This document shows, one piece after another, positions 23,629 through 37,179 of a DNA stretch of 64,000 nt. Position 1 is the first letter of the stretch; each line of letters begins with the position of its first letter. Location of the stretch: contig RHPI01003516.1 in NCBI GenBank assembly GCA_009103225.1, forward strand, positions 24,062 to 88,061, in the 5' to 3' direction. The translations under genes were made by a program, and so were the position numbers. The notes under the pieces were generated by a model, which worked only from the letters and a program-made list of their open reading frames with translations, did no database searches and was not told where the DNA came from. The stretch comes from Chlorokybus atmophyticus (taxonomy: Eukaryota; Plantae; Mesostigma and Chlorokybus algae).

Positions 23629-25255
23629 CCTCCCTCTCTCTCCCTCTCTCTCATCTCTTGATATGCAGGCTGGTGAGACACTTGACTCTATCGCGAGAAG
23701 CACAGAGTGCTCGTTGACCGAGCTGTATGCGTTTAATGATCTCTCCAACAAGCAAAAGCAAGCCAAGTATGCTAAGTTCACGGACAATCAGAAATTCAAA
23801 CCAACCGTTGATATATCAGGTGCGCTTACTTTGATTCCACCCTCCCTTCCTCCCTCTCTCCCTTGCTGCTTGCTGATTCTCATACGACAAGAGAGCGAGA
23901 TAATAAAAAGAGGCAATCTGCTGCTGCTCCTTCTTTCAAACTTACTCATCAAGTTTGGTTTACTCAATGCAGGTACACCAGCAAACCGCCCGTTCAGTCG
24001 CAGTGGCGGCATGCTGCGCGCTTACAAGTAATGGCCGATGACCAGACCCCTCAGTGATCAAGCATTCTTTCCATTCAAGCACGAGGACAGTCCATACTGC
24101 CATGAGCATTGCATTACGCGGCTGGTCGAGATGCTGCTATCAGTGTTGCAAGCATGCATTGTGCGGCGCACGAGCCGGGTGGACGGGCAATCAGCTGTGC
24201 ACGTCTTCAACAACATCCTGCAAGACCTTGGCGTCACATTCCAGATCAAGAAACAAGACAAAGAGAATGGTTGGAAGAAGGTCAGCTTGGATGGTGCTGT
24301 CGCACGCAAGCTGCTCAAGCTAGCCCACCCATCCGATGCAAGTAGACAAGCAGACTTAGACCTGCAACCTGACCCTGCATATGTAGACCCCACTGCGTCT
24401 GTCCCTTGGCTTGACAAGTTTGCACCAAGCAAGCAGTGGAAGACAATCTGGCAGGTATGAACTTGCCAGCACACGCATGCTGTCTGCGCTGCATTGTCGT
24501 CTTTGTGTGTGACCTGGTGCATGCGTGTTTCTTTCCGTGCTGGATTGCCGCCGTTGTGTTGACTGTGTGTGTGTCTTTGTGGTATGTCTTGTGTTGTCGT
24601 TTGTGTGTGCTGATGTGTGTGGTCGTATGCGTTGGTGTTATCGGTGGTGCACGTGCTGTGTGTACTCGCGTGTGCATGTGTGTTGTACTAGTGTTGATTT
24701 GTGTGCTAGCCATGGCCAGTGCGTCCGTGTGCGTGCTGGTACCTCACTGACACATAACTTACTTGTGGTTGTGGTAGCAGCTGCTGCACCGAGTCAACAT
24801 CATTGGTCGAGCAAATACACCAACGCCACTTGAAATTAAGGCATTTGGACCTTTGGCACGTCGGTTTTACAGGCTTTGTTGTATGAAGTTTACTGAGAGC
24901 GATTGTGGCTCCTTCTATTTGCACACCGTTGCCAACCATGGGGGTGACTACATGCGACTTTTAGGTTCACTGGGTCGCTATATGAACTCTGGTGTGGAAG
25001 CCCATCACCGCATTAGCACTAAGTCCTTACTGCATAGCACATTTGGAGGTGCCAATGGCACGCGGAGTGGTCCACGCGACAACAACGGCATGCGAGTGGC
25101 TATGTTTCACAACAAGCGCGATAAGCCTGATGAGAAGTTGGTGGTAATGAGAAGGCAAAGCCGCTTGCTGCACGACCAGTACAGCCAGCATTGGGTGCTA
25201 CCGGAGTTGCTCGCGGACACCACCATGCAACGCGTGGTCAATGGTATGCTTTGCA
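23152..25255 (+). pseudogene. RAG1/Transib-like (CMC-Transib clan) DDE transposase, multi-exon, partial
   Basis: CHEHCITRLVEMLL, SLDGAVARKLL and YLHTVANH...GSLGRYMNSGVEAHH resemble recalled Transib/RAG1 motifs (LH..IR.FE.LL; NGNFARKL; Y.HK.L.H...SIG...EG.E). In-frame TAA at about 24029. Confidence 0.65.
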
Positions 25256-25710
25256 CAGCAGATCTGATTACAAGTACAAGTCTTTGTGGTTGACTTGCAT
25301 GCTTATCATCAACCTTATGCCCAAACAACTAATTGTGAACTTGCAGAAACACAAGCTACGACATCTACAACACAACGAAGCAAGCGACGACGACGGGCGG
25401 TAGACAACTAGTGATCAGCTTAGGATTAGGTTGATATGCACACACCCCTCTCGTACCAACATTACTCATGTTGCCTAGAAGCTGGACGCTTTGGTCTTGT
25501 TTCGCTATGCCATTGCTTGGCGCCGATCTTGTTCTCACATTTCATTGAGCAGAGCCGCATCCTGCAAGTGTTTGCGGTGAGGCAAGTGAGTCGAGGTGAG
25601 AGAAGTGAGTGAGGCAGAGGGAGGAGAGGGCTGCTGCTTGCTTGCTGCACGCATGCACACATGCATCCGCATCGGTGCGTGCAGGTGTGGGCAGGTGCGG
25701 TCTGGGCAGG

Positions 25711-25785
<75 letters not shown>

Positions 25786-26315
25786 GGGGGGGGGGNNNNN
25801 NNNNNNNNNNNNNNNNNNNNNNNNNNNNNNNNNNNNNNNNNNNNNNNNNNNNNNNNNNNNNNNNNNNNNNNNNNNNNNNNNNNNNNNNNNNNNNNNNNNN
25901 NNNNNNNNNNNNNNNNNNNNNNNNNNNNNNNNNNNNNNNNNNNNNNNNNNNNNNNNNNNNNNNNNNNNNNNNNNNNNNNNNNNNNNNNNNNNNNNNNNNN
26001 NNNNNNNNNNNNNNNNNNNNNNNNNNNNNNNNNNNNNNNNNNNNNNNNNNNNNNNNNNNNNNNNNNNNNNNNNNNNNNNNNNNNNNNNNNNNNNNNNNNN
26101 NNNNNNNNNNNNNNNNNNNNNNNNNNNNNNNNNNNNNNNNNNNNNNNNNNNNNNNNNNNNNNNNNNNNNNNNNNNNNNNNNNNNNNNNNNNNNNNNNNNN
26201 NNNNNNNNNNNNNNNNNNNNNNNNNNNNNNNNNNNNNNNNNNNNNNNNNNNNNNNNNNNNNNNNNNNNNGGGGGGCTGATTGCCGATGCGTGTAATACAT
26301 GCATGCGTCCTCACC

Positions 26316-27332
26316 TCAAGGTGGATGGCCCGTCCACAAAGTCATACTCGAGCTCTACCACGCCATTGAGGTACATGAACCCTCCGCGATAGGGGATGAT
26401 GAACCAATCTTGCCCCAGCAGCTCCACCAAGTCTAATTCGAGCACGGAAGCCTGACATGCATAGTGAGCTGTAGCAGCATGTGCGTGATTGTGGTAACAA
26501 GAGGACGACATGCACTTACTGCAATTAACGACGGGTTGCGCGTATCCAGTGCGAATAACTCCAGCAATGATCTTGGAAGGGTGAGGATGTTCATAAGAGC
26601 GATATCATTGATAGTGAAGAACCTTGTGCTATGTGTGGCATGTCGTGCTGACTTGCCCACAATGTACTCGTGGATGCGCTTCATGATAGTGCGTGCCGTG
26701 GCAGCGTGCACGTGGGCCCACGAATTGTTACTTCGTATGCACAAGCTGTGCATGGCAAGCAACTCCTTCGTGGTGCGAAGCATGAAGCCAACAAGCTGCA
26801 GGAGGCTATCATCTACCAAGTAAAAGTACTGCAACAAACCGAGTTGTTACAAGCAGTTCGTGGCAGCACATGCAACTCATTCACATACCTGAATGAAGAA
26901 TTCGTCTCTGAGCTTGTCAAACCAAAAGGCTGGAGCAACGTGACAAGTGGCGGCTACTTGCTCCACATCCCCTTCGCACTCTTCATTTGATAAAATGAGC
27001 TCGTTGCGCTTGAAGTAAAAATGCCTAGCTATCTCACTAGGCAGTTCCTCTGGCCTATACAACCGATACCCATTGAACTGAACAGGACTGTGCTCTACGT
27101 GAGTCAGTGAACGTACAAGCACAGGGTGGTCATGATTGTAGCCGTCTGCTTTGTGCACAAACACAAACGCCCCTACTGATACGATAAGATCGCCATCTAC
27201 ATGCACGCTATGTAAGCTGCCTGCCGGAGGCTCAGGCAGGTCAACAACGTCAAGCCAACTAGCAACATCCGTGTGCAAGGGTCTAGCTGCCAAACGCTTG
27301 GCCTTACGTCTAGCAGTTGCTTTGAACGTCAT
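26316..27332 (-). CDS. BAH-domain protein carried by the DNA transposon (3 exons visible, runs into the N gap)
   Basis: VSVGAFVFV...FNGYRLYRPEEL...NELILSNEECEGDVEQVAATCHV...FFIQ|YFYL. Exons 27332-26889, 26828-26520 and about 26451-26316. Confidence 0.75.
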
Positions 27333-28244
27333 TCTAGCAACAAAGTATGCTAACCCCCCATTCCTTCAAGTAACCAGCGGTGCCCTTGAGGTTTCCGCCG
27401 CCGCCAACGCCGCCGCCAACACCGCCGCCGCCATCAGGCGCAGCGCCAGCTTGCATGTGCGGACTAAAACGTCAACTCTTTGTTATCGGTTAACCTCCAC
27501 TTTGAGCCTAACTAAGCCGAGCAAGTTCTCGTTTACCTCAGGCAGTCAACCGCTTTTAGCGAAACTGTATACAGTTTCAGTTGACGACAAGCCGCGGCTT
27601 GGTCTCCGATATAGTCCCTCGCTACCGTCGATTACCAATAATTGGTAGCCACTAATCATTGTTGATCAACGGCCCTCAGCGCTCGATAGCTATGGTACCG
27701 GCCTTTCACGCCTGTCACGTGATAATTCGGCCGGTACGGTACCGGCGGTACCGCGTTTGGCGGGGAACTCGTCCTGCGTAAACGGAATGCAATGTTCCAG
27801 AGATTTGCATCAGCACGTGCAAGCGCCTCCTCGTAGGTGCTAGGCTCCTTTACACCCCCAAATGCCTGCGATGCAGCCATGGCTTGGTTGATCGATCTCT
27901 TCGGCTCCCGCCTCTCAGGCAAAGGATACCTCCTCCCCTGCTCTTGAGACTTGTGGTGCTGGTGTTGGTCTTCAGTGGTAACAGGAGCTGAAGTGCTTTT
28001 GTGGCCTTGAGCTGGAGAAGACTTTCTGGAAGACCCTAAGACCTGGTCTAAAACACTGGTAGGAACCTGGTCTAGACTCGGTTCTGAAGGCTCATCGCCA
28101 TCTAAGGTGTTGTCAACGCTTAAAACTCCAGCTCCTACTCCTCCCTTAGCAAAAGTCACATCATGACTCACCACAACCTTCTCATCCAGCAAGACCCTCC
28201 ACGCCTTAGAACCCGTCTCGTACCCCACGTGGGTGCACTAACAC

Positions 28245-30218
28245 CACACGGCTTGGCGTTGAAGGACCATGCATGGTCTTTTCATGGACCCCGCGGCCCA
28301 TGCATGGTCCATACCTCACGGGCCAGGACTGCCCGGTCTGCGGGGGACGGAACGTTTGTGGTCTGTTCGGGGCCCCGCGGCCCGTCAATGGCTGGTGCGG
28401 CGACGCGCACCATGCATGGTCCGTGCCGCACCATCCATGGTGCGGCACAAACCAGTAATGTACGCTGGCCCTGGACTGCGGACCAGGTGCGGTCCCGCGG
28501 TCCTGTGGCCCTACACACAGTCTAACCTCGATAAGTGCATATTCGATAAGTGCACATCCGCGATAAGTGCATGGTTTTGCCCGACACCAATGCACTACTG
28601 GTAGTATAAGGCAGCGTAAGTGCATATCCGCACTAAGTGCATAAAAAGAGGTGTTCCCGATGGTATGCACTTATCGGTATAGGTAGACTGTACTAGCGCG
28701 CACCGTACATGCTGCCCAACGGTCCGTGCCGCACTATGTACGGTGCGGCACGAACCAGTAATCGCGGCCCTGCCGCTATCATGAGTAGGTAGCAACAACC
28801 TACGTGTGGTACAATATCGCCTAAATGCCTGATTGCACAAGTGCACTTCACTTGTTGACAAGCCGCACCGACTGTCGGCTATAGTGGACAGCCGCAAGTG
28901 GATAGCAAATGGTCGGCGGCTGATTGACAGCCGGCTGGCTGTCAATTAAGCTGTAAGGAGCTGTTTATGCAATCAACATATATCATGGTACCGTCAGTGT
29001 ATTTGCAAAATTTGTGACCATGCACCATTAACATGTTTTATGCGTTTATTTAAGTACTATATCTATTACATAATATACATACATATTTTAGCGTGTGCAC
29101 AAATGGATCTATTTATATACACATACGCAGGTCCAAATGGTTATAATAGTAGTATTTTGGGGTCAGCCGTATACAAGGTATGTTTAATGTAAGAATATGT
29201 ATAAGAAGTATACATAAATCAAGTCACTTATTATAATAGCCTCTCATAAGATCGCGGAGTGATTGACAGCCCCAACTAAGCATTGTGTCCAACCAGCCAG
29301 GTAACACCTACGTTGGTGCCGCAATGCGACTTATTTTTATATCATGTAAACACGTATATTTACACATTCATGAACGCTTACATATATAAACATGAAAGTG
29401 TGTGTATGCGCACGCAAGGATATTAATAACCCTTACCAAGGTTACACTTATGGACAGCCCCCAACAAAGCATTGTAGTTTACAAACCCTGGCAGCCGAGT
29501 TGCGGCTGTCTGTGTCATTGATAGTGACCTAATATAATGTAATACCGTTGCTTTATACTGGTACAGCCTGTGCACATTGATAGCGCATGCTTCACAACGC
29601 CGACTTCCTGTGCAATTTCCGCCGCCGACAGTCGCCGAGCGGCCGTCGATACAATCTATAATGCAAAATACACATCCACAACACTACACTCTTCATCGGT
29701 ATGTGCACATGTAGCGTTGTGGTTAGGGTGTCATGTTTGATTTGCAAAGATCTTGCGTCGACTCTCGATGGACGCATGTGTTCTTCACTAACTATTTCTA
29801 AGACGCCGCGGCCTCGTGCGCTGCAGCCTGTGGCCCCGCAGGCCGGGCGTGGCCGGTGCTGTCAGCTCAAGATGATGTCTTTTCCTGCATTTTGCAACAA
29901 AATTTGGTGCTTATGGATAAATATTGCGGTCGATGGTCCGCTGGCCGGACCAGTAAAGGTTGTTAAGTACATTTTCATAATTAAGTCCCTGGTCCGCTGG
30001 CTGGCTCGTACCTGGTCCTGACGCGACCGGAAACCGGCCGGACCAGACAAAGTGCGACCCCAAAAAAACATGGGACCGTTCACGTGAGATTTGGACCATG
30101 CATGGTCCGACTGTCAATGACCGCCGGACCATACAAGATCCACCGATTTCCCTAAGCAGGGCAAAATCCCGGCCCGAAGGCACGGACCATTCATGGTCCT
30201 TTGACGTCAAGCGGTGTG
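28245..30218. mobile_element. Non-autonomous CACTA-like element (CACAC termini) nested in Copia B
   Basis: Imperfect TIRs of about 34 bp (CACACGGCTTGGCGTTGAAGGACCATG vs CACACCGCTTGACGTCAAAGGACCATG). Flanks CAC/CAA (imperfect 3-bp TSD). No transposase; subterminal repeats shared with the 1-8170 element. Confidence 0.8.
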
Positions 30219-31990
30219 CAAGCCGCGCCGGCTAACTTTGACCAGCTTGTGTCGTCGCTGCTTGGGTACGTGGACAAAGGCAGAACCAAAGACCCTCAGC
30301 ATGCTCACATTAGGCCTTGCGCCTTTGAAGAGCTCCAACGGAGTTCTGGCTTTGGAACGCACGGGGGAACGGCTGCGCACAAAGTTTGCAGCCAGCAATG
30401 CGTCCGTCCACATGCAATCCTCCATGTTGGCATCAGTCAGCATGGCCTGAACCTTCTACAACAGCGTGCGGTTAAGCCTTGCTTAACCGCACGCTCCGCC
30501 TTCCGATTTTGCTCGGAAGTGCAAGGTGCTGTAGTCTCATGCATAATCCCCCTCTTTGCATAATAGTCCTTCAGCTGAGTGTTGATAAACTCTCCACCAC
30601 GGCCTGAGCGCACTGCAGCAACCTTCAGACCTGTCTGAGTCTCCAGAAGCTTAAAGACCTCCAGAACTGTCTTAGCCACATCTGACTTTAAGGCTTAAGG
30701 CACGACCATGGACAATTTGCTGAAGTCATCCAAGAAATTGACAAAATACTTGAAGCTCCCGCCCTTTGATGTCACCGGCATGGGACCGCACACATCCGTA
30801 TAGACCAGCTCCAAGCAACGCGTACTCACGTGAGAAGAGGTAGGAAAAGGCAGTATGGTTTGCTTTCCTATGACACGAGGACTGCATAGGACACCTTTCT
30901 CAGCCTGAAAGTCTTCAGAACTGAGGTTAATCCCTTCCACCATGTCTTCCGTCACCAAGCGCGCTAGATTATCAAAGCCCAAATGCCCAAACCTCCTGTG
31001 CCAGAGCTGAGCAGACTCCAAGAATGCTGCAACAAGTGCTTGGATTAAAATTTGGACTGAAGTCTTCCCCGAAACAAGTTATAAACCTCCTCCTTGACTT
31101 AAAGCCTCAAGGTGCTTCACGCCATTTAGCAATATGCAGCCCTTTTCTCCCTCAAACTCAATCTGAGCACCAGCACGAGCAGCAGCCTTGATCAAGAAAA
31201 GACTTGCAGCAACCTCTAGCACAAAAAGAACATCCTTGAGCTGCACTTGCCTTGTTGACCCCTCAACTTGGCAATCAAGGATGACATTGCCCCGACCAGT
31301 AGCAGCCATCACGCTTCCCTTTAATGCGCACCCCACGGACATGGGCTTGTCCAGGGTCTGAAAGGTGACTCAGGCAAACGTGTCTGCAGTCATGTGAGAA
31401 GTGGCCCCCAAGTCTAAAGCCCAGATTTGGACAGGGATTGAAGCACTGGTAGTGAAAGCCACGGGTTTCTCCTTGTTTTGCCCCTCTCCTGGCTTGCCAT
31501 GCTTCTTCCAACACTTCTCCACATCATGCCCAAGCTTGCCACAGTAGCTGCACTTGCGTTTCTTCTTCTTTTGACCGCCCTGGCCTGAAGAACCAGCGCC
31601 TAACCTGGGTTTGAAGCTGTAACCATGCTTGAAAACAGCAAAAGCGACTGCATCTGAAGCCTCCTCCCTTCTTCTCGAGCCTTTGCTCAACTTGAAGTAG
31701 CCTTGGCATCACCTCATCCAACGTGGGCTCAGTGTCAAGACCTTCCAACATCGTAATCAATGTGTCAAACTCTGGCAGGTCTGGAAGTCCAGAAAGTACA
31801 GCCTAAACAAGCTCAGATTTCTGCAAATGGCAGTCCACGCCTTAATGGTCCTTCTAAAGCTCTCTTGCCCTTGTAAAGTACTTGGTGACCGGCTCACTTA
31901 AGTCTTTCCTCAAAGCATTCAGGTCACGCCTAAGCTGAACACGCCTGGCATTGTTCTTACACTTGAACGAATCAAACAACTTCTCCCAAG
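30219..31990 (-). pseudogene. Copia B gag/protease/integrase remnants
   Basis: CSYCGKLGHDVEKC, WALDLGATSHM, LWHRRFGH and TDVCGP motifs. Confidence 0.92.
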
Positions 31991-32064
31991 GCTTCCGTCG
32001 CCACTAGACTTAAGCACAAGCAAAGTGAACCATGTTAAACGTGTGTGGGCGTCCCTTATACCCA

Positions 32065-32477
32065 ATAACGGTTAACACTACAAAAAACTTGATATACAAG
32101 CTTAAAATAGTATACAAGGCGGGTCTGTCAACATAAGAGCCAAAAACAGTCTTAAACGGTCTAAATTGTTAGGACTAACGGTTTTAACAAATCGGTTAAG
32201 ACTGGAGTCTATTAATTACGACAGTCATGAGTACTTAGCTAGACTAAGCTAACTGGAGTCTAAGGACGGCTAAACCTAGTCCTAACCTCCAACACTTAGC
32301 TAAATTAAGCTGATTGGAGTCTAAGGACGGCTAAACCTGCTTTTAAACTCCAACACTTAGCTAGACTAAGATGACTGGAGTCCAAGAACGGCTAAACCTG
32401 GTCTTAAACTCCAACACTTAGCTAGACTAAGATGACTGGAGTCTAAGAACGGCTAAACCTGGTCTTAAACTCCAGCA
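32065..32477 (-). repeat. Copia B 5' LTR with about 60-bp tandem repeats
   Basis: Direct repeat of the 20170-20645 segment. Confidence 0.8.
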
Positions 32478-35400
32478 CTCGGCCCCGCCGCAGCAGCTCC
32501 CACCGTGGCGGCCATATTTGCTGTTGCCGCATTACGGTCAGGGCGCGAGATCAACACCACCGCCACCTCAACGACAAAGGAGATTCATGCCCTTGAGTCT
32601 ACCGGCCCCACAGTGACCACATCTTTAGGGGAGGTCCACGCGGTCGAAATTGAAGTTGACGACACCGAGCTGGCACCCGCCGACACTAGGCAGAACATAT
32701 GGCTGGACAAGCCATTAATCTCCTGCCTTCAAAGTGGCCAACTTCCCTCCAACATGAGTGCACGAGAGAAAGATCATGTCAGACAACGCACCCGCCACTA
32801 TCGGTGGGCGGATGACAAGGTGTATTGCCGCGTTCAGGACGAGGACAAAGAGGCGCTAACACCAGCCACACGCGAGGGCATCATTGTTGCCCTCCGCACT
32901 GAGCTTGGACATTTTGGAGTCAAGCGTACCGTCAGCCTGCTAAGGGCGCAATGATGGTGGTATGGGCTGTCCAAACATGTGCAGGGGTTCGTCAGTCGCT
33001 GCCAACAGTGTGACATGGTACGCGCCAGCCTCAACACACGCAGCGCCACCTTGCACCCTCTCCCCATTGCCGGGCCGTTCTATGGCTGGGGATCGACATC
33101 TTTTGAGACTTGGCACCCTCGGCACGGGGCAACCGCTACATCCCTGTCATGATCGAGCACTTCTCAAAATGGGTAAAGCTGGTGCCATTACCCGACAAGA
33201 GCAGCAGGGGGGTGTCTCAAGCCTTCCTCTCCCGTGTTCTCAGCCGGTTCGGCAGCTGTGGTCATCACCGACCAGGGCACTGAATTCAGAGGGGAGTTCG
33301 ACACCCTGCTGGACAGATGCTACATTGATTATCGTCGCACTTCGCGTGACCACCCTCAAGCCGACGATCTCGCCGAGCGGACAGTACAAACTACAAAAAG
33401 GCACTCCGCAAGTACGTGCTGGACTATGAGAAGAATGTTGACATACACACGTGCAAGTGACACGCCAACAACATCAACACAAGAGCATGACTGCTACTGC
33501 CATTTATGCCATACAAGTCCAGGGGTTTTATACCCCGCCAGTTTCTACACACGTCTACATTTGCAAGCACCGCGTGCACAATACTCAGCCTTTCAATGCG
33601 CTTTGAGATGCGCTGTTTAGCTTACGACCAGAGCTTTTTGACAAGCTAAGCCACGTCTACTCAGCTTACATATCCACAAAGCTACGCGGTTTCTCCCAAT
33701 GCTCTACTCAGCATCTGGTCCGAAGTCCGTCCTGGCTCGACCATTTTGCTAAGTCCGGAGTCCACGTGCTCAGCCCATACCTTCGACTCTCGACTCTTGT
33801 GTAGACGGTAAGCTGACCGGATACAAGCATCACCCATGTGATACCTTCAACAAAGAACACCTGGGGCGACCACCTTCCGTGGGTGGCTCTTGAATACCGA
33901 TCGTCAAAGCAGGCGCCTTTGCGCGAGTACAGCCCATACTACCTACTGTTCGGGCGTCCGCCATTGTTTCCCTTTCGTGCACAGTCGGAAGTAGACCGTG
34001 TGGTGAACAACCTCGACGATCCCGAATGGATGCACCACGACATTACCACACGCGCCACGCTGTGCGAGCACACCGTCCCGATGGCCTTCAACAACCTGCG
34101 CATCGCACAGCACCGCGAAATCCTGCGCTACGAGCGCGTGCGGAGCGGCTTCTACAAGGAGCGCCAGCGGCGGTTTTAAGCAGGGGACTTTACCTACCGC
34201 ATGGCAGCCACTAAGGACACGCTCGACACCTCCGTGGGCCGCACCGTCTACAAGGTACTCAAGGTGTACCCCACAGGAGTGCTGGACCTCCTCGGTCATA
34301 ACGGCGAGAGGTTGAAAGGCAACATGGTGAACTGCGCGCCATGTGACCTTCATTACATAGCGGGCTTCACGCGCATCCAGCACCCTCGCCCCGCCCGCTT
34401 CACACGCTGTGAACGCTGCGGTAGTGCCGGCGGAGACGCACTCATGACGCTCTGCGATGGCTGCAATATGGGCCTGCATTGCTACTGTCTGGAGCCCCCA
34501 TTGGACGCGATACCCATGGAGGAGTACTGGTGCAACGATTGCCGCACCCACGGTCCTCCTCACCTGCGTTAACAGCTCAGCTCTGGAGCTGGAACCTCCC
34601 CAGAAGCTCATGGGAGTGGCTTGTCGACTGTGTGTCCTACAGCACAGCATGTCTAAGGAGGACACCGCATCCACATGTCCGTGTGACTTAGCGACAGCGG
34701 AGCAGCTCTACCAAGCACTCCTTGCCATACGAGCTGGGTTAATTTCTACTTTTGCTACATATCATGACATGTTGCAGCGACAGGGCTAGCAAGCGTATCT
34801 CTTCCTGTAGCGACCCGAGACAGTGTGACCCTCGACTCTCCTCGACCCGACAGCTGTCATGCCTATTGCCCACGCATATCAGCCTTCATCGAGCATGGCT
34901 ACATTGAAACCATCGCCCGGCCTACCAGCATACCATCGCGCGTGTCACTGACCGTAAGCTAGGTTATGACTCCAGAGTAGCTGACGACCATAGCCTACAT
35001 AGGCACCGCGCGTAGCTGTTCAGTTGTGAGTTTAGTTATAAGGTGTGTTCTATATCGAGTGACAATCGCTGTGGAAATACCTCATTATGACCTGAGCTTA
35101 TGTTCTGAAACAGTCATAATTTTACTGGTATAAGTAGTATTAGTGTTCACCGGATCAGCTGGCGACACCGTGAGTGAGAAAGCTAAGAGCTAGTGACACG
35201 ACTTGAACTGCGAACACGCCATCCCAGTTACCAAGAACCCCCTCACTGTGTGAGAGCCTGTGCAAGCTCGTGTGTGCATCGTGCTTGTCATCGCTGTGCT
35301 TGGTGTGCCTAGTTGCAGTGTGTTTGTTGGCATCAGTCAGAGCATAGTATCCACGTATTGCTTGCCTACTCACCTCACTTAACAGTGTAACACATTTTCC

Positions 35401-35670
35401 GCTCATGCAAAGAACTGTGTAAACAGCACTACCTATAGTAATGGCTTGTTGACTATGTGTCCTACAACACAGCATGTACACTAAGGAGGACATCGCCTCC
35501 ACATGTCCGTGTGACTCCGCGACAGCGGAGCAGCTCCACCAAGCACTCCACGCCATACGAGCCGGGTTATCTTTTACTTTTGCTACATGTTGCAGCGACA
35601 GGGCTAACAAGCATGTCTCTTCCGATAGCGGCCCGAGACAATGTGACCCTCGACTCTTCTCGACCCGACA
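32478..35670 (+). mobile_element. Second copy of the Ty3 INT-PHD family (5'-truncated) with A-B-A 3' end
   Basis: Homologous to 17060-19834. PHD ORF 34201-34572. A 34621-34852, B 34855-35445, A 35446-35670. Confidence 0.9.
33436..33852. mobile_element. Solo LTR with 5-bp TSD AAGAA
   Basis: TGTTG...CAACA ends. AAGAA at 33431-33435 and 33853-33857, inside the integrase. Confidence 0.9.
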
Positions 35671-36908
35671 AACTCGATGCAGTTCGGCAACAGACTCTTA
35701 GACATCATGTGCTTCATGATCCAGATACTGAGCGGTAATGTGAAAGAGATCTCATCTGACCAGTCTTTGTTCTTCAGAGCCTGCTGTCGCATCTTGGAGT
35801 GGAACTTGATGATAAATTCGTTCAGCGAGGTAGTGCCAGCACGGTTGGAGAAGCGCAGGGACGTGGTTGAGCTAAAAGACTCCATCTCGTAGTCGTCAGT
35901 GTCGGACGAGAGTGGGGAAGCTCGATGCCGTGGATTGGACAGGAACGGAGTGAAGCCGGAGACAGCACGTGAGCTTCCGCTGCTACAATCGTTGCTCCCG
36001 TCGCTGATCCGCTCGTAGGTGAGGTTGGAGGTTGGGCTCCAGCTGCTGAGGTCACCCTCGTCTATTGGAGAGAACGGGGTGGGCCTGCTTATACAGCTAG
36101 TCCAAGGGTGAAAGTGTATGCAGGGTAGAGCGTTTGTGCTCTACCGCCTGTCTCAATGCCGCTACTACTCACCACACTAGTGCTTATGTGCGCACTATGT
36201 AATGACAGTGATAACGAATGCACGGGGATGTGTCCCCACATACAGACTGCACTATTTGGTGCCGAATGCAACGCACTCACTTGAGCAAAGAGGGTGACAC
36301 TGTGAGTCAACAAGCCACTACTATAGGTAGTGCTGTTTACATTGTTCTTTGCATGAGCTGAAAATGTGTTACATTGTTAAGTGAGATGAATGGGCAAGCA
36401 ACACGTGGTTACTATGCCCTGACTAATGCTAACAAACACACTGCAACCAGGCACACCAAGCTCACAGCGATGACAAGCACGATGCACACACAAGCATGCA
36501 CAGGCTCTCACACAGTGAGGGGGTTCTTGGTAACCGGGATGGCGTGTTCGCAGTTCAAGTCGTTTCACCAGCTCTTAGCTTTCTCACTCACAGTGTCACC
36601 TGCTGATCCGGTGAACATTAATAGTACTTATATAAGTACAATTATGATTGTTTTAGAGCGTAAGCTAGTGGTCATATCGAGGCTATTTCCACAGCGATTG
36701 TCACTTGATATAGAACACACCTTATAACTGAATTTACAACTGAACAGCTACGCGTGGTGCCTATGTAGGCTATGGTTGTGAGCTATTCTGGTCATGACCT
36801 AGCTACTAGTTAGTAACGCGCGCGCGCTGGTATGCTGGTAGGCCGGGCGATGGTTTCGATGTAGCCATGCTCGATGAAGGCTGGTATACGTGGGCAGTAG
36901 GCATGACA
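35671..36908 (-). mobile_element. 5' end of a related retroelement: B repeat, leader, gag-like fragment
   Basis: B copy at 36908-36314 starting TGTCATGCC, then only 8 nt of A, unique sequence, and a gag-like ORF (GTTSLNEFIIKF). Confidence 0.65.
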
Positions 36909-37179
36909 GAGTGTTTGGCTGTACGGCATATGTGTTGACACCATGGTCACATGGTACACAGTACGCGTTTAGTACGTGAGCGGTGGTGTACGCGTACATA
37001 CATGTACCCATTTATGCCAGTACGTGGCAGTACGCTACAGTGGCAGTTTTGTCGTGTTGCTTCACGAGCATCAAGCATGCTACTTGCGTACATGTGCACA
37101 ACAGTAAACAATGAGCAGAGAACACTATGTTACAGCGAAGCATGTGTGCAGACATAGCCCATCACATGTGTCTGCCTAG

